IMG/VR virus record: IMGVR_UViG_3300043435_000349
Span: 1-52,144 of that record
Length of the DNA stretch: 52,144 nt
Origin: a virus
Taxonomy: Duplodnaviria > Caudoviricetes
Strand: one strand, 5' to 3'
Shown: positions 9,835 through 20,182 of the stretch, one piece after another
Layout of the letters: the number at the start of each line of letters is the position of its first letter
How positions within the stretch are numbered: the stretch's first letter is position 1
Notes under the pieces: model-generated
Seen by the model: only the letters and a program-made list of their open reading frames with translations
Told to the model about the DNA's origin: nothing
Databases searched by the model: none
Program-made: the position numbers and the translations under genes

Positions 9835-10279
9835 GGGCTAGGTGGGAGATCCATTCTCTCGGTGTGATGCACTCAGGGTATGTCGATGTGGATGATGAGC
9901 TTGATGAAGATGGTATCCAATCCGTCCTGCAAGAGGCTATGGTGGACTACATTGAAGGTTGCTTGAATGGGTTTGATGAAATGGTGATGGTGATGAGGAT
10001 GATGCAATGACAGAGACAATCTGCCGATACAAGGTGTGTGTAGGTTATCACAAAGGCAAGACAGGGTGGTGTGACGCTGACTACTCAAATGATATGGGGT
10101 ATTGGCTTCGCCTGTTCCTTGTGGATGGGAGCAGGATGTGGTGGAAATCTAGTGAGCTTAAATTGATTGGAGAGGAAGATTATGCCGATGATGCCTGATT
10201 GGAGGGTGTGGTACATGATAGCATTGTGCCTAGCTTGTTGTTTTATTCTTTGGTGGGATGGCTTTATTGAGGTGATGTT

Positions 10280-10627
10280 ATGGTGAGGAAGTATGTTTTT
10301 GAGCGGGCGTTGGTTTGGTGCAACACTGTCTTGGAATACAAACAGGTGCGTAGCCCAGAACAAGGGATATGCAAAAACCTAGAGCGTCATCTTGCCAGAG
10401 ATCCAAATATTGATAGGGATGATGTTGTGGGGTTCATCCATAATTTTCTGTTGGTTTGTTTTCCGTCTTGGACGGGGTATTCTGGCGATGTTGCATACCC
10501 AATCGGTGGTGAGATTGAGTGGGTCACTACTACAGACAAGTGGCGTGGAGAATCATTAAGACTACGCCTTGACCTTGTAAGGCATATCCGTGATTGTGCT
10601 GTCAAAGCACTGGAGAATGGCATATGA
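10280..10627 (+). CDS. Hypothetical protein, paralogue of 7933-8262
   Basis: Shared motifs with the 7933 ORF; GAGG RBS. Confidence 0.7.
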   Translation: MVRKYVFERALVWCNTVLEYKQVRSPEQGICKNLERHLARDPNIDRDDVVGFIHNFLLVCFPSWTGYSGDVAYPIGGEIEWVTTTDKWRGESLRLRLDLVRHIRDCAVKALENGI

Positions 10628-10897
10628 ATGATCGAAATCTAATCCCGAGAATCGGTGGTCATCATGCTGGGATTCCGTATAAGGTGGCGGAGGGCAGTGA
10701 ACAGCCACCTCTGAGATTGACATATGAGGTGTGGGAAAGTATTGTGCTATTCGGTGCTTCGGCAAAGGAGAAGCAAGTCCACCACTACACACTCAAGACC
10801 ACTGTTCGATGGGATGATCAAATTAACTTCCGTTATGAACAGGAATACGTCTATGCTGGACGCTGGCCACCAAAGAAAACAGATGTCGCATAAACAG

Positions 10898-10925
10898 AAA
10901 AGCCACCCCAAGAGGTGGCTTCTTC
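10898..10925. terminator. Terminator between convergent gene blocks
   Basis: AAAAGCCACC-CCAAGA-GGTGGCTTCTT at the junction of + and - strand blocks. Confidence 0.7.
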
Positions 10926-10937
10926 ATTTCTGACACA

Positions 10938-11636
10938 TCAACAACTAGGATGCCAGCTTCTCAACATCGGAGCTACCCAATCCACCTCCCACAACATAGC
11001 CTTGACAACCTTGCTAAGACCAACCACACCACGAAGGCTTTTCCTTTCAGCAACTACTAATAGAAAGCCTGTTGAAATGGCTGTCAACAAAATGGCATAG
11101 ACAATCGGTGTCAGAGCTTGACGAAGGGCAATTGAGCAGCCTGATTCAATGGCTACTGTAATGGCAACTGTCTGATGCTCAACCTCCTCTCGACTGTGGT
11201 ATAGCCAAAGATCCTTAGCTTGCCCCAAGAGCCTATCCTGTAGCTCTCGATCATGCAGCAACACATCAGCTAATGATGCTGTGAGGTGCTCTAGGATCAC
11301 TGTGATCTGTAGGTTGACTGATCGTGGCAAATGCTTGCTAGCAAGACGCAGGGGCTTCGCTATGGCCTTCTCAATCAGCTTTGGCATATTACCATCAATA
11401 CCAGAAAGTTGGCGATGTAACCTACTGTGGTTCATCTCCTGCTTGGAAAACTCATTGATCATTTCTTTGAGGTAGGGTAGGTCTTTCCTGTAGGCTTGGA
11501 CAGATCTGCAAAAGAAACTTTCGCCTTCATCGAATAATGCTCCTAAATTCTGGTAAAAGCAGGTCTCTAGGGCTGTTGTTGCGTAGTCACGGGGGATCTT
11601 GTCAAACTTGATGTTTGGTGGTGTTAGGGTCTTCAT
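10938..11636 (-). CDS. Predicted metal-dependent hydrolase (ferritin-like fold, PF10118-like)
   Basis: GESFFCRSV, QEMNHSRLH, LEHLTA and WLYHSREEVEH..VA motifs (paired ExxH). Confidence 0.75.
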   Translation of the reverse strand: MKTLTPPNIKFDKIPRDYATTALETCFYQNLGALFDEGESFFCRSVQAYRKDLPYLKEMINEFSKQEMNHSRLHRQLSGIDGNMPKLIEKAIAKPLRLASKHLPRSVNLQITVILEHLTASLADVLLHDRELQDRLLGQAKDLWLYHSREEVEHQTVAITVAIESGCSIALRQALTPIVYAILLTAISTGFLLVVAERKSLRGVVGLSKVVKAMLWEVDWVAPMLRSWHPSC

Positions 11637-11748
11637 TGAGCATTTCCTGTATTTGCATTCTGATTATTGTAATACAAAAAGCCCATAACACAAGAGCATT
11701 ATGAGCCAATTTTATAGCATGATGTGACAACGCAGGATTTATCCTGCC

Positions 11749-12425
11749 CTATTGAGGGGAAAGGATTGAACCATCAAGCAGCCCATCAAGGATTGCTTCT
11801 ACATGAGATTCTAGCATTACCAACTGTTGCAAGCAAGCCACATCTTCTGTCAAATGACTGTAGGCCAATATCTGTTGGAAGATGTAATTGCATTGGTCAA
11901 TTGCAATGTCATACAAGCATCCCTGAATGATCCGATCAAGGGAAGCGATGCTTTCCCCGACGCGGTTGATGATTGCCGTACTTTCCATTAGTCATGTTCC
12001 TCTGTGCGGATCTTCTCTTGTTGGATTACTGTTAGGTCATCAAGAACAAAGATAAACCATGCAGGGACATATGCCCGTAGGCTAAATGGTTGGCGAAGCG
12101 TACCATCTTCCATGTACTCCCACATCTGAATGCAATTTTGTGTCAGGCAACCTTCTGCAATTGAAGCAACCCCATCAACATCATATTCAACCTGAAATTC
12201 ATAGACGAATTGTTCATCGTCATAATTTACAGCCACTGTTACGTCTGTTCCATTGCCATCAATGTAGTATTGTGGGGCAATCATTGCGCTGATTGGGCTT
12301 TTGCCCTGAGCTTTACACCGCTGATGAGCTTTCTCACACAAGCTCAATTGCTCATATGCAACGTATTCACGATCACCAAAGACATTCTGGAATGTGAAAT
12401 AATAGCAGCGTTTCTGTGTGTTCAT
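11749..12425 (-). other. Two hypothetical CDSs (11988-12425, 11749-11988)
   Basis: Coupled ORFs downstream of a minus-strand TTGACA (12492-12497) and an AGGAG RBS. Confidence 0.6.
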
Positions 12426-12520
12426 GGTGAAGCTCCTGTGTGGACAGATGTCCGTTTCGATAGAGCTATCTTAGGGTGGATGGGGGTAGGGTGTCAACAC
12501 CTTTGATGGGTTTTTAGAAA

Positions 12521-12546
12521 TAAAAAAAAACAGCCCGAAGGCTGTT
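12521..12546 (-). terminator. Rho-independent terminator
   Basis: Minus strand reads AACAGCC-TTCG-GGCTGTT followed by a T-tract. Confidence 0.85.
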
Positions 12547-12976
12547 AGTTGGTGTAGAGTGGAGTGGAAATGTCGTCAATAGCGTCTCGGATGGATCGGA
12601 AAGGCTTTCCTCCCAGACCTCTGGCTCTTGCCTCAGCTTCCATTGTGTCGAGGGTCTTGAGGTATTGCAGCACCACACTTGGAATCTCTTTGCCATCTTT
12701 CAGCAAGCTCCACACTCGATGGTCTGGTAGCACAGGTCGTGTGAACATGTAGTCTGGTCGGATGTAATTCATCCTAGCAAAGCGTTTGGATTGGATGAAT
12801 AGGAACACCAACTTTTCAGTGTCTAATCCAGACAGCTTTTGCTTATAGAAAACATCCGCCACATCTTTACGTTCAACACCAAGAAGTTCTGCAACAACAG
12901 ACAGGGATATGTCAAAGTTGTTCCTGATGCACCCAATCATCTTGGCTTGTGTTGCTATGCTCATTGGTTTGTTCAT
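12545..12976 (-). CDS. Putative XRE-like HTH DNA-binding protein
   Basis: IRNNFDISLSVVAELLGVERKDV resembles a helix-turn-helix. Confidence 0.5.
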   Translation of the reverse strand: MNKPMSIATQAKMIGCIRNNFDISLSVVAELLGVERKDVADVFYKQKLSGLDTEKLVFLFIQSKRFARMNYIRPDYMFTRPVLPDHRVWSLLKDGKEIPSVVLQYLKTLDTMEAEARARGLGGKPFRSIRDAIDDISTPLYTN

Positions 12977-14595
12977 AGCTTCCTCTCCAAGATTCTAACA
13001 AACCCACGCTCACCTACTTCCCCCACCTTAATGTCACAAGCAGAAGCAATGTAGTATTTCCCACAATTAGACAAGACAGGCTCATCTTTATGTAGCTTAA
13101 CATTTCCACAAACATCCAATGTAGCCCACCCAAAACAGAGAGGGGCATTGTCAAAGATATGTCGATTGAATGTGTTCATTTCATATCTCCGGCGGATGTG
13201 TTTCCTTGAAGCTCTTTGATGTATTCATACAGGCAATCGATCTCATCCCAGTGTTTTTCATTACAGTGCTTGGCTGCCTCAGCGTAGTCATCAAACTCCT
13301 GTTCGTAACGACCAAACAATTCACGCACAACCCAAGTGCTTCGCTCAATCCGCTCAATGGTGTATTTCATTCTGTAGTCCCATCCATTCTGTTAATCCAC
13401 TCAAGAAGTGTGGATTTCACGTTTGCATTTCGTTCTGTAAAATCCCTACGAGCCTGCTCAACCATTGCTTCTGAAATCTCGCTGTTTGGAATCCTGACAA
13501 TAGTTGCAACCTCAATGTAACCACACATTGGTAGCCTATCTGTCCAGAATACAGAAGCATCAACAGCATCTTTGATTGCTTCGTCCATTGTGGATCGTTC
13601 GTCTTGCATGATCCCCGTGTCCCATGCCTTGTATTTCATTTCTCAGCCCTCAATTCTTCCAACTCTTGCTCCAGCTTTTCAACCTTACATTCAAGCTCAA
13701 AACATTTGTCCTCAAATTCTCCAGCCTTATCTTCCCAGTAATCCTTATCGGATTCCATTTCATCGAGGTCTTCCCGCAACATCTGTTGAGCGGTTGCTTC
13801 CTGTTCTAAAGCATCTTCCAATTCCTCAAATTTCTGAGCGATGCTGTCAAGCAATAGCCCAAACTCATATTGGCAATCTGGGTGGGCTGATATTGCATCC
13901 AAGAGCTTGATAGGCTCTGATGTCAGCATAGCCCAAGAAGCGATGGTTGATAGTGTGAACATGGCTTTCTCCAAAACGATTTGATAGGCGGATACTAACT
14001 AATGCCGCAGTGTATTGTCAACACCATTTCACCACACTTCTCTAAAATAGTTAGACTCGTACCACTCACTAAAAATACCACCAAGCCTGTAGAAGTTTCT
14101 TCCTTGTAGGTGGCGACGCTCAACCACCTCATATTTCTTACCAACAATTAGTTTGTCATACCAACCATCACCACCACCCCCATAAACCACTTTGGTGGTG
14201 ATGTTGCTTAAAGATAACACTTCTGCAAATGCAGTATTCTCAAAAGAAATGCGGTAGGGTTTTCCTTTATGGAATACAGATGCAAAGAGGATGCCTTCAA
14301 ATGGGTAGAGATCTGCGCCAACAACAATTTCTCCGTACAATGGATGTCCTTCCTTAACAACCATGATTGTGTCACCACGACCAAAGCCATTGGTGAGGGT
14401 CGGCTCTAAATCTTCGGGGTCATACCAGTTGAGTGACCTTTCTGTTCTTACGCCAACAGCAAGACTATCAACCCCGTCAATAATTGATAGGGCTGAAATG
14501 TGTCCATCTTGTTGTGTCGCGCTCACTGTCACACAAAGGCCAACAACAATCAAATCACGATTCATTTCTCTCTCCATTAACAAGAACAGCCCCAA
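12973..14595 (-). other. Five small hypothetical CDSs (12973-13179, 13176-13370, 13367-13639, 13636-13974, 14029-14595)
   Basis: The first four are coupled by 4-nt overlaps; 13636-13974 has an acidic coiled-coil tail. Confidence 0.6.
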
Positions 14596-14641
14596 TTGTA
14601 AGGGCTGTTGTGTGGGGTTGTCAAGTATTAAGAACAGAAAA

Positions 14642-15292
14642 TCACGGGGTGATTTCCCAATTCATCAAAGACTCATAAACGGCTGGCCTCAAGACATCTT
14701 TGTATTGATTGGCTACAGCTTTGATGTATGCTTCCTTTGCTGTCTTGTATGCCATTGATGTTTGTTCCACACTTGGGTATTGACCAACAGTGGTAAGTTT
14801 TCCACCAACTCTGATATGCCCCTGAAATGAGTTGTCTCTCCTGTTGTAGCTTACCCCATTGGGCAGCCCATTGTGGAGGTCATCGCAGCCTACAATCAAT
14901 GAGTTGATTGCTTGCGGTACTAATGCACATGTTTCTGCGGAATATAGTTTTCTGCCACGCCCAAGAATGTCTTTGTCAAGTTCAAGACCATAAGGCTTGC
15001 CGGAATACTCAACCTCTCCGTTTATCCACTGCAAAAAGCTGGCAAATGAAAGCCAATCATCCGAACATGTAACATCCAAATATCTCGGATACTTTGCCTT
15101 GAACCCATTGTTAAAGCACCTGTGAAGCATCGACAGCCACAACACATATTGCCAACAGTTTTTTCCCTCATCGACCCATATTTTGAAGTTGACATCGTTA
15201 TAACCATGACCCTGAACTGTCGGTGGAACAACCCTACGCTCAACACTCACCAACTGATCAATCTCAGCCTGACTAAGTTTTAACTTCTTCAT
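14642..15292 (-). CDS. HNH-like homing endonuclease with AP2-like C-terminal domain
   Basis: W..ML.RC...Y...W..F..F..W...LDKD...YS.ETC..VP..IN motif, then GVSY...F...I...G.Y. Confidence 0.75.
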   Translation of the reverse strand: MKKLKLSQAEIDQLVSVERRVVPPTVQGHGYNDVNFKIWVDEGKNCWQYVLWLSMLHRCFNNGFKAKYPRYLDVTCSDDWLSFASFLQWINGEVEYSGKPYGLELDKDILGRGRKLYSAETCALVPQAINSLIVGCDDLHNGLPNGVSYNRRDNSFQGHIRVGGKLTTVGQYPSVEQTSMAYKTAKEAYIKAVANQYKDVLRPAVYESLMNWEITP

Positions 15293-16518
15293 AACCCCTC
15301 CAACCATTCTCTCAAGAGTTTTTCCATCCTACTACTAAAAATGCAAACGTGCATCACTTCCCCATTACGGATACACCCACGCCATAGCCACTGAATCATC
15401 TCTGACAATGCAAACACATCTGTCTTGACGGGACAATCCCAATCTTGTAGGTAGGATGCCACAGCAACATTAGTATGCCGATTATAACAATGCATCATAT
15501 GTGTAACATGTGCGTGGTCGTTTGTCGCCCTTGTTGATGCAGCAAGCCAGCAGGGAAGTCCATTAGGCTTGATTGTATAACCAACAGGCTTAATCTTCTC
15601 ACTCTTTGCGGCAGATGCACAAGACCTGTATTTAGGGAACGTGTACAACACATTTTCCGATGACACGCCCCAATTCCGGCATGCCCTCAATATGGCGTTC
15701 TTAACCACATTCAGATCACCTTTCATCGGATTCATGTACCACGAATAGGTGAGCTTGTTCCGAAGATTGAAATTCTTAGGTGGTGGGGTGACCACTAATA
15801 GCTCACGCATCTTGTCGCCACAAATCCTCTGTAGTGCCAAAGGCTCTGCAAATGGGATGCTTGTAAACCCTTTGAGCTTGAGGAAGCTGTCTAGGATGTT
15901 ACCCTCAAACAAATAGGTGAGGATGATTACACGCTTCGCACTCTCAAGCAGCTTTGATGGTAGTTGTACAGTGAGCATGGTGTCACTACGCTTGGTTGTG
16001 TACAAACACCCACTATTGCACATCTGACGCAATCGGTAGTATTTATGAGAAGGACAGGCCACCTCAACAGACTGATTCACCCATTCAACCATGCCATCAT
16101 TCTCACCGATCTTGATGAAGCCTTCTTTGATCAACCACTTTAAATCCTCAATTGAATAATCATTGAATGCTTCAATCAGACCAATTTCCTCATCCACCAC
16201 GACAATGTAATCGTGTTGTTGAATGGCTTCAAAATGCTCATCAGTCATCAGTTTGTATAGGCTGTGTGTGCATGACACATTAGCACCAGCTTTCAGAAGC
16301 TCAAGCATAGCACCACTCTTACCTTCACCACTATCTTCTGGTGAATGGAACTCAACATTTCTGACAGCCTGATGCAGTCTACCACCACTCTCAACCTCAC
16401 TCAATAATGGTGACACATAGATATACCTCTGGTGGTAGTTGGCATCAATCCACTTGATGATGCTGCTGCTCTTACCAGACCCCATGATGCTATCAACAAT
16501 CTCAACAACCTTTCCCAT
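15289..16518 (-). CDS. SF2 (DEAD-like) helicase-related protein, putative origin-binding/replication protein
   Basis: Walker A DSIMGSGKS, YVSPLLSE, TH, VVDEE, RATN and QWLWRGCIR. Confidence 0.75.
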   Translation of the reverse strand: MGKVVEIVDSIMGSGKSSSIIKWIDANYHQRYIYVSPLLSEVESGGRLHQAVRNVEFHSPEDSGEGKSGAMLELLKAGANVSCTHSLYKLMTDEHFEAIQQHDYIVVVDEEIGLIEAFNDYSIEDLKWLIKEGFIKIGENDGMVEWVNQSVEVACPSHKYYRLRQMCNSGCLYTTKRSDTMLTVQLPSKLLESAKRVIILTYLFEGNILDSFLKLKGFTSIPFAEPLALQRICGDKMRELLVVTPPPKNFNLRNKLTYSWYMNPMKGDLNVVKNAILRACRNWGVSSENVLYTFPKYRSCASAAKSEKIKPVGYTIKPNGLPCWLAASTRATNDHAHVTHMMHCYNRHTNVAVASYLQDWDCPVKTDVFALSEMIQWLWRGCIRNGEVMHVCIFSSRMEKLLREWLEGL

Positions 16519-16519
16519 A

Positions 16520-17760
16520 CCAACCTCTCAACCTGATTTGGGGCATATCATACACAACTACAGAGCATGGTATTGTTTCTTTATGTAACCGAAATCAACC
16601 ACAGCTAACTGGTGAAATTATTACTGGAAATGTTTAGATCATTTAGGACTCTATCTATAAGCAAAAAGGTAGAAAACTTTATACATTCAATAAGTTACAC
16701 AACAGAACGTAAAGCGTTTCTTTTACCTAATACACCAATATACCATATATGTCATGTTGACATGACGGACAATTACACACAAGAAGATAGTAACAATGTT
16801 GTGTTGACACAACAGAAGTAATGGCTGGGTTAAGGGGACGCAGTCGCCCTTGCTGGGCGGCCAGTGCCGATTCTGTTTAAACATTCAAAAAGAAAACTAA
16901 AATCTTTTCCTGCCCTACAGGACTACTACTATGTGTCACCACATGAGAGATAACATTGTTGTGTTCCACAACAGCATGGTCATGTTGTAGGGCATGTTGG
17001 TCATGTGTACAGGCAATGCCTGTGATTAAAAGCAAGAGCAAAAGATCTTTTTTATTATTAAACAAGCCTACTGTAATAACACAACAGGTATGTGTGGTCA
17101 TGTGCCATGACAGAGGTGTTATCACCTTAGTGTCCCACTAAGAGATGGTCTGTTGTGTTGTCCCAAACGCAAGGCATTTGGGTGTAGTGTTACTACCATG
17201 ATGTACCATCATGTGATAAAGAATTGTGTAAACACAATGTAAACGATGAAATCTTGTGTGAATCAAGACGTGTCATATACATGACACAAGAGAATGTCCT
17301 TATGTGTTTGTTTCTTCTATGATGTTCCATCATGAGTTAGGTGGTTGTTTTTGTGTGTCACAAAATTGTGTTGGTGATGTTGTTGCTCGGCAACAGAGGT
17401 GGTGTCATTCTGACAGGATGTTGTCACTGTTGTGTTCCACAACGCTGGTAGTGATTGCAGCTTCGCTGCCTTCTTGTTGCCACCTAGAAGCAAGCTTCTG
17501 TGTTTCTGTTATTGTTGTAAGCTGTTGTTCTGTGGGGAATGAGGGTAGTGGGGATGGAAATCTTGTGGGGGTGTGGGGTCTGTGGGAATGCTGTTCTTCT
17601 GTGGTAGTGCGGTTCTTTTTGGTGTGGATCTTATTTTGTTATTGTTAGTTCTGTTATTGCCATTTAGTTCTTGACAAATCCCATAAAGATTTACAATGGA
17701 GCATGTACAGGTGTTGACTGTTGTTGTTTGTTCTGGTAGAGTGGTGGTTTAAATCTGGAG
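16520..17760. other. Long intergenic region, putative replication origin 1
   Basis: No credible ORF; lies at a strand-divergence point. Has a 26-bp element shared with 36790-36815, an IHF-like site and repeated hairpins. Confidence 0.45.
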
Positions 17761-17767
17761 AGTTGTT

Positions 17768-18421
17768 ATGGGTAAGTTGAAGTTGTCACAACAGGAAATT
17801 GACCAGTTGGTGCTGGTGGAGCGAGTGGAGAGGAAATCTACAGTGTGTGGCGTTGGAGTTGTTGATGTGGTATTTCAACCCTCAATTAGAGGGAAAGTTA
17901 TCTGGCAATACGAGCTATGGAAGGGTGTTTTGAGGAGATGTTGCTCGGAAAAACTTAAAGCAAATCGACCTCACTATCGGGAGGCATCTATTTGTACGGA
18001 TTGGCTGTCTTTTGCAACGTTTTTCGAATGGGTCAATCTGGAGGTTGGGTACAAAGGAAAGCCTGTTGGGATGGAATTGGATAAAGACATTCTCGTTAAG
18101 GGAAATAAGGTTTATTCACCGACTACCTGCTGTTTTGTCCCATCACGGATCAATAAGCTATTGACCGACAGAAGATCACATCGTGGTCAATATCCTATTG
18201 GTGTAACGTTCAATAAAACAGGTGGTCGCCTAGCGGCATCCTTAAATTGTAATGGTGTGGATGTATTTCTAGGTTTGCATGATACACCAGAGGCTGCTTT
18301 CTTAGCCTACAAGACAGCAAAAGAGTCTTATGTTAAGGAAGTCGCAAATGAATACCGACATGCCCTCACATCAGAAGCATACACCGCACTGATGTCTTGG
18401 GAGGTGGATATTTCTGCTTAG
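17768..18421 (+). CDS. HNH-like homing endonuclease with AP2-like domain (paralogue of 14642-15292)
   Basis: Same motifs (LDKDIL..GNKVYSPTTCCFVP..IN) and a near-identical N-terminus KLKLSQ.EIDQLV.VER. Confidence 0.75.
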   Translation: MGKLKLSQQEIDQLVLVERVERKSTVCGVGVVDVVFQPSIRGKVIWQYELWKGVLRRCCSEKLKANRPHYREASICTDWLSFATFFEWVNLEVGYKGKPVGMELDKDILVKGNKVYSPTTCCFVPSRINKLLTDRRSHRGQYPIGVTFNKTGGRLAASLNCNGVDVFLGLHDTPEAAFLAYKTAKESYVKEVANEYRHALTSEAYTALMSWEVDISA

Positions 18422-19073
18422 CCAAACAAAAGGCAAAGATAAAACAGGGCGGGGGTGGTTGTTGAACATGGCATCTTTTACTTGTCATCAATATTAACCA
18501 TCCACCGCCCCATTTACAAGTTGTTGCTCTGGTAGTGGTGATCTGTGTACCAATGCGCTTTGTCAAACCCGCCCACCTATATCTATGGTTGGGAAGTTAC
18601 AGTTTTCTGATGTAAACTCCCATCAAACAGAAACGCACTGTCTCGCGATGGTTTATTGTAGGAAGGCTGTAGTGTATTCTCAGAATAAGCCAGACATTGG
18701 TTGTGATTATTTATGTCAATAAAATAAAAACATCCTGTGGTCTTTGAGAATTTCTGTAAAAATTTTATACCCCGAGCAAAAAAAGTTTTCAGCCCTATAT
18801 AGGAATTCCCTAGTCTTTACAATCTAAATCCTTTTTGAGAATTGCTCTCATTTCGTTTTAAATCATATCTACCGTTTATCTGGTTTTTCTGCCGTTCATC
18901 ACCTGCCTATTGCTTTTGATGCTGGTTGTGGTATAATCGACCACTTTTGAGATACCACAGCTAACAACTTTTAGCAATGGCTTTCCTGACAAATTACAAA
19001 ACTTTATTTTTATTTTGTAACTCCTATTGACAAGCCATGCCGATCTGTGGTAGCAGACAAAATCATAAAGTAA

Positions 19074-19212
19074 AGCAACAATCATGCCAACTATAAACAT
19101 GGCATGTTCCTTGCATATCATGCAACTTCTATGCCAATCTCAATATTGGCACGTCTATTGCATGGCCTAGAATTCTGGCATGAACATTGCATATATGCAA
19201 TCAGTGTGCCAA
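19074..19212. promoter_or_regulatory. Array of six sigma-54 (RpoN) -24/-12 boxes
   Basis: Six TGGCA-N6-TTGCW 17-mers at 19074(-), 19099(+), 19121(-), 19146(+), 19175(+) and 19196(-). Confidence 0.75.
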
Positions 19213-19514
19213 TGTCTAAGAATCTGGTTTGTCAACTATTTGCCGACGAAATGAGTATGATCCGATGAACGGCATAAAACAAGCTATTTTCGCCACTTGT
19301 CGGAAAATAAAGATATTGGTATTGACTTTCTAAGTTGGCATGTATTGTGCATATGTTCTATCGAGCTTGCTCGAATATCATAGTGATTGTTGTTTGTCAA
19401 TCTTTTTCTGATGAGTGGTAAATAACAGGCTCGTCCGGTGATTGTCTCCACCGAGTGCCAGTGCTGTCGCTAATATAGCTCGTCCGAGGGACGCTGTCAA
19501 CATGTTTAAGAAAT

Positions 19515-19538
19515 AAAAACCGCCAATAATGGCGGCTA
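19515..19538 (-). terminator. Terminator after 19555-19869
   Basis: CCGCCA-ATAA-TGGCGG hairpin with a T-tract on the minus strand. Confidence 0.6.
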
Positions 19539-19554
19539 GTGTAGTCTGGTGATT

Positions 19555-19869
19555 CTAGGCTTTTTCATAATAAACAAAATTCTCTAAGTCGATACCAAAG
19601 CTGGTTACAATCACGCCGGACTCCAAGGCGCGTATATCGGTATAACCGGCAATTTTCCGACCGTCTTCTAGTGTAAAGATAAACCGGCTAGAAGGTTTTG
19701 TGTTGTCACTTGTGGCCTTTACAATCCGAACGACCTTCATTTTAACGCCTTTTTTGATTGAGCTGTTGCCAGTGAATTTTTTGGCACAGCTCCAGCCATA
19801 TGGCTTATTGCCGACAAATACAGGGGCAGACACTTCAGCTTTGCAGCAAGAACATAGGATGGTGGACAT
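19555..19869 (-). CDS. Hypothetical early protein with Cys motif (CxCC...GWSC)
   Basis: GGAG RBS, its own TTGCAT/TATAGT promoter and a terminator. Confidence 0.65.
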   Translation of the reverse strand: MSTILCSCCKAEVSAPVFVGNKPYGWSCAKKFTGNSSIKKGVKMKVVRIVKATSDNTKPSSRFIFTLEDGRKIAGYTDIRALESGVIVTSFGIDLENFVYYEKA

Positions 19870-20153
19870 TGCAGTCACTCCAAAAAAGATACACCGGATC
19901 TGGTGCGTTAAGGCCACTATATAAGACTAATGTGCATCATGCAACTATTTGCCGACGAACGGCAACCGAGGGACAAACAAAACCGGATAAATCAGGCCGG
20001 AACATAGTCCTATATGCTCCCCATTTGCCGTATACGCTTTTTAAATGCAATCGGGTAGGGTAGCCCCATGATCAGGCTAAACAGGCGTATAACGCAAAAT
20101 AGGAAGGACAATAAACAGGCTAGAAATGTTCTAAATCTTTTTGCTTAATAGTG

Positions 20154-20182
20154 TTGACAAGCATATTCAGATGGATAATAAT
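20154..20182 (+). promoter_or_regulatory. Strong sigma70 early promoter
   Basis: TTGACA-N17-TAATAA(T) upstream of the AGGAG RBS of the 20235 gene. Confidence 0.7.

Noticed and set aside
17304-17648. 114-aa Cys/Val-rich ORF (and 16612-16821, 16877-17125)
   Set aside because: No RBS; composition follows the G/T-skewed low-complexity DNA, so probably spurious.
19074-19212. CRISPR or mini-array reading of the TGGCA..TTGCA repeats
   Set aside because: Units alternate in orientation, vary internally and are 4-12 bp apart; there is no repeat-spacer structure and no cas gene.
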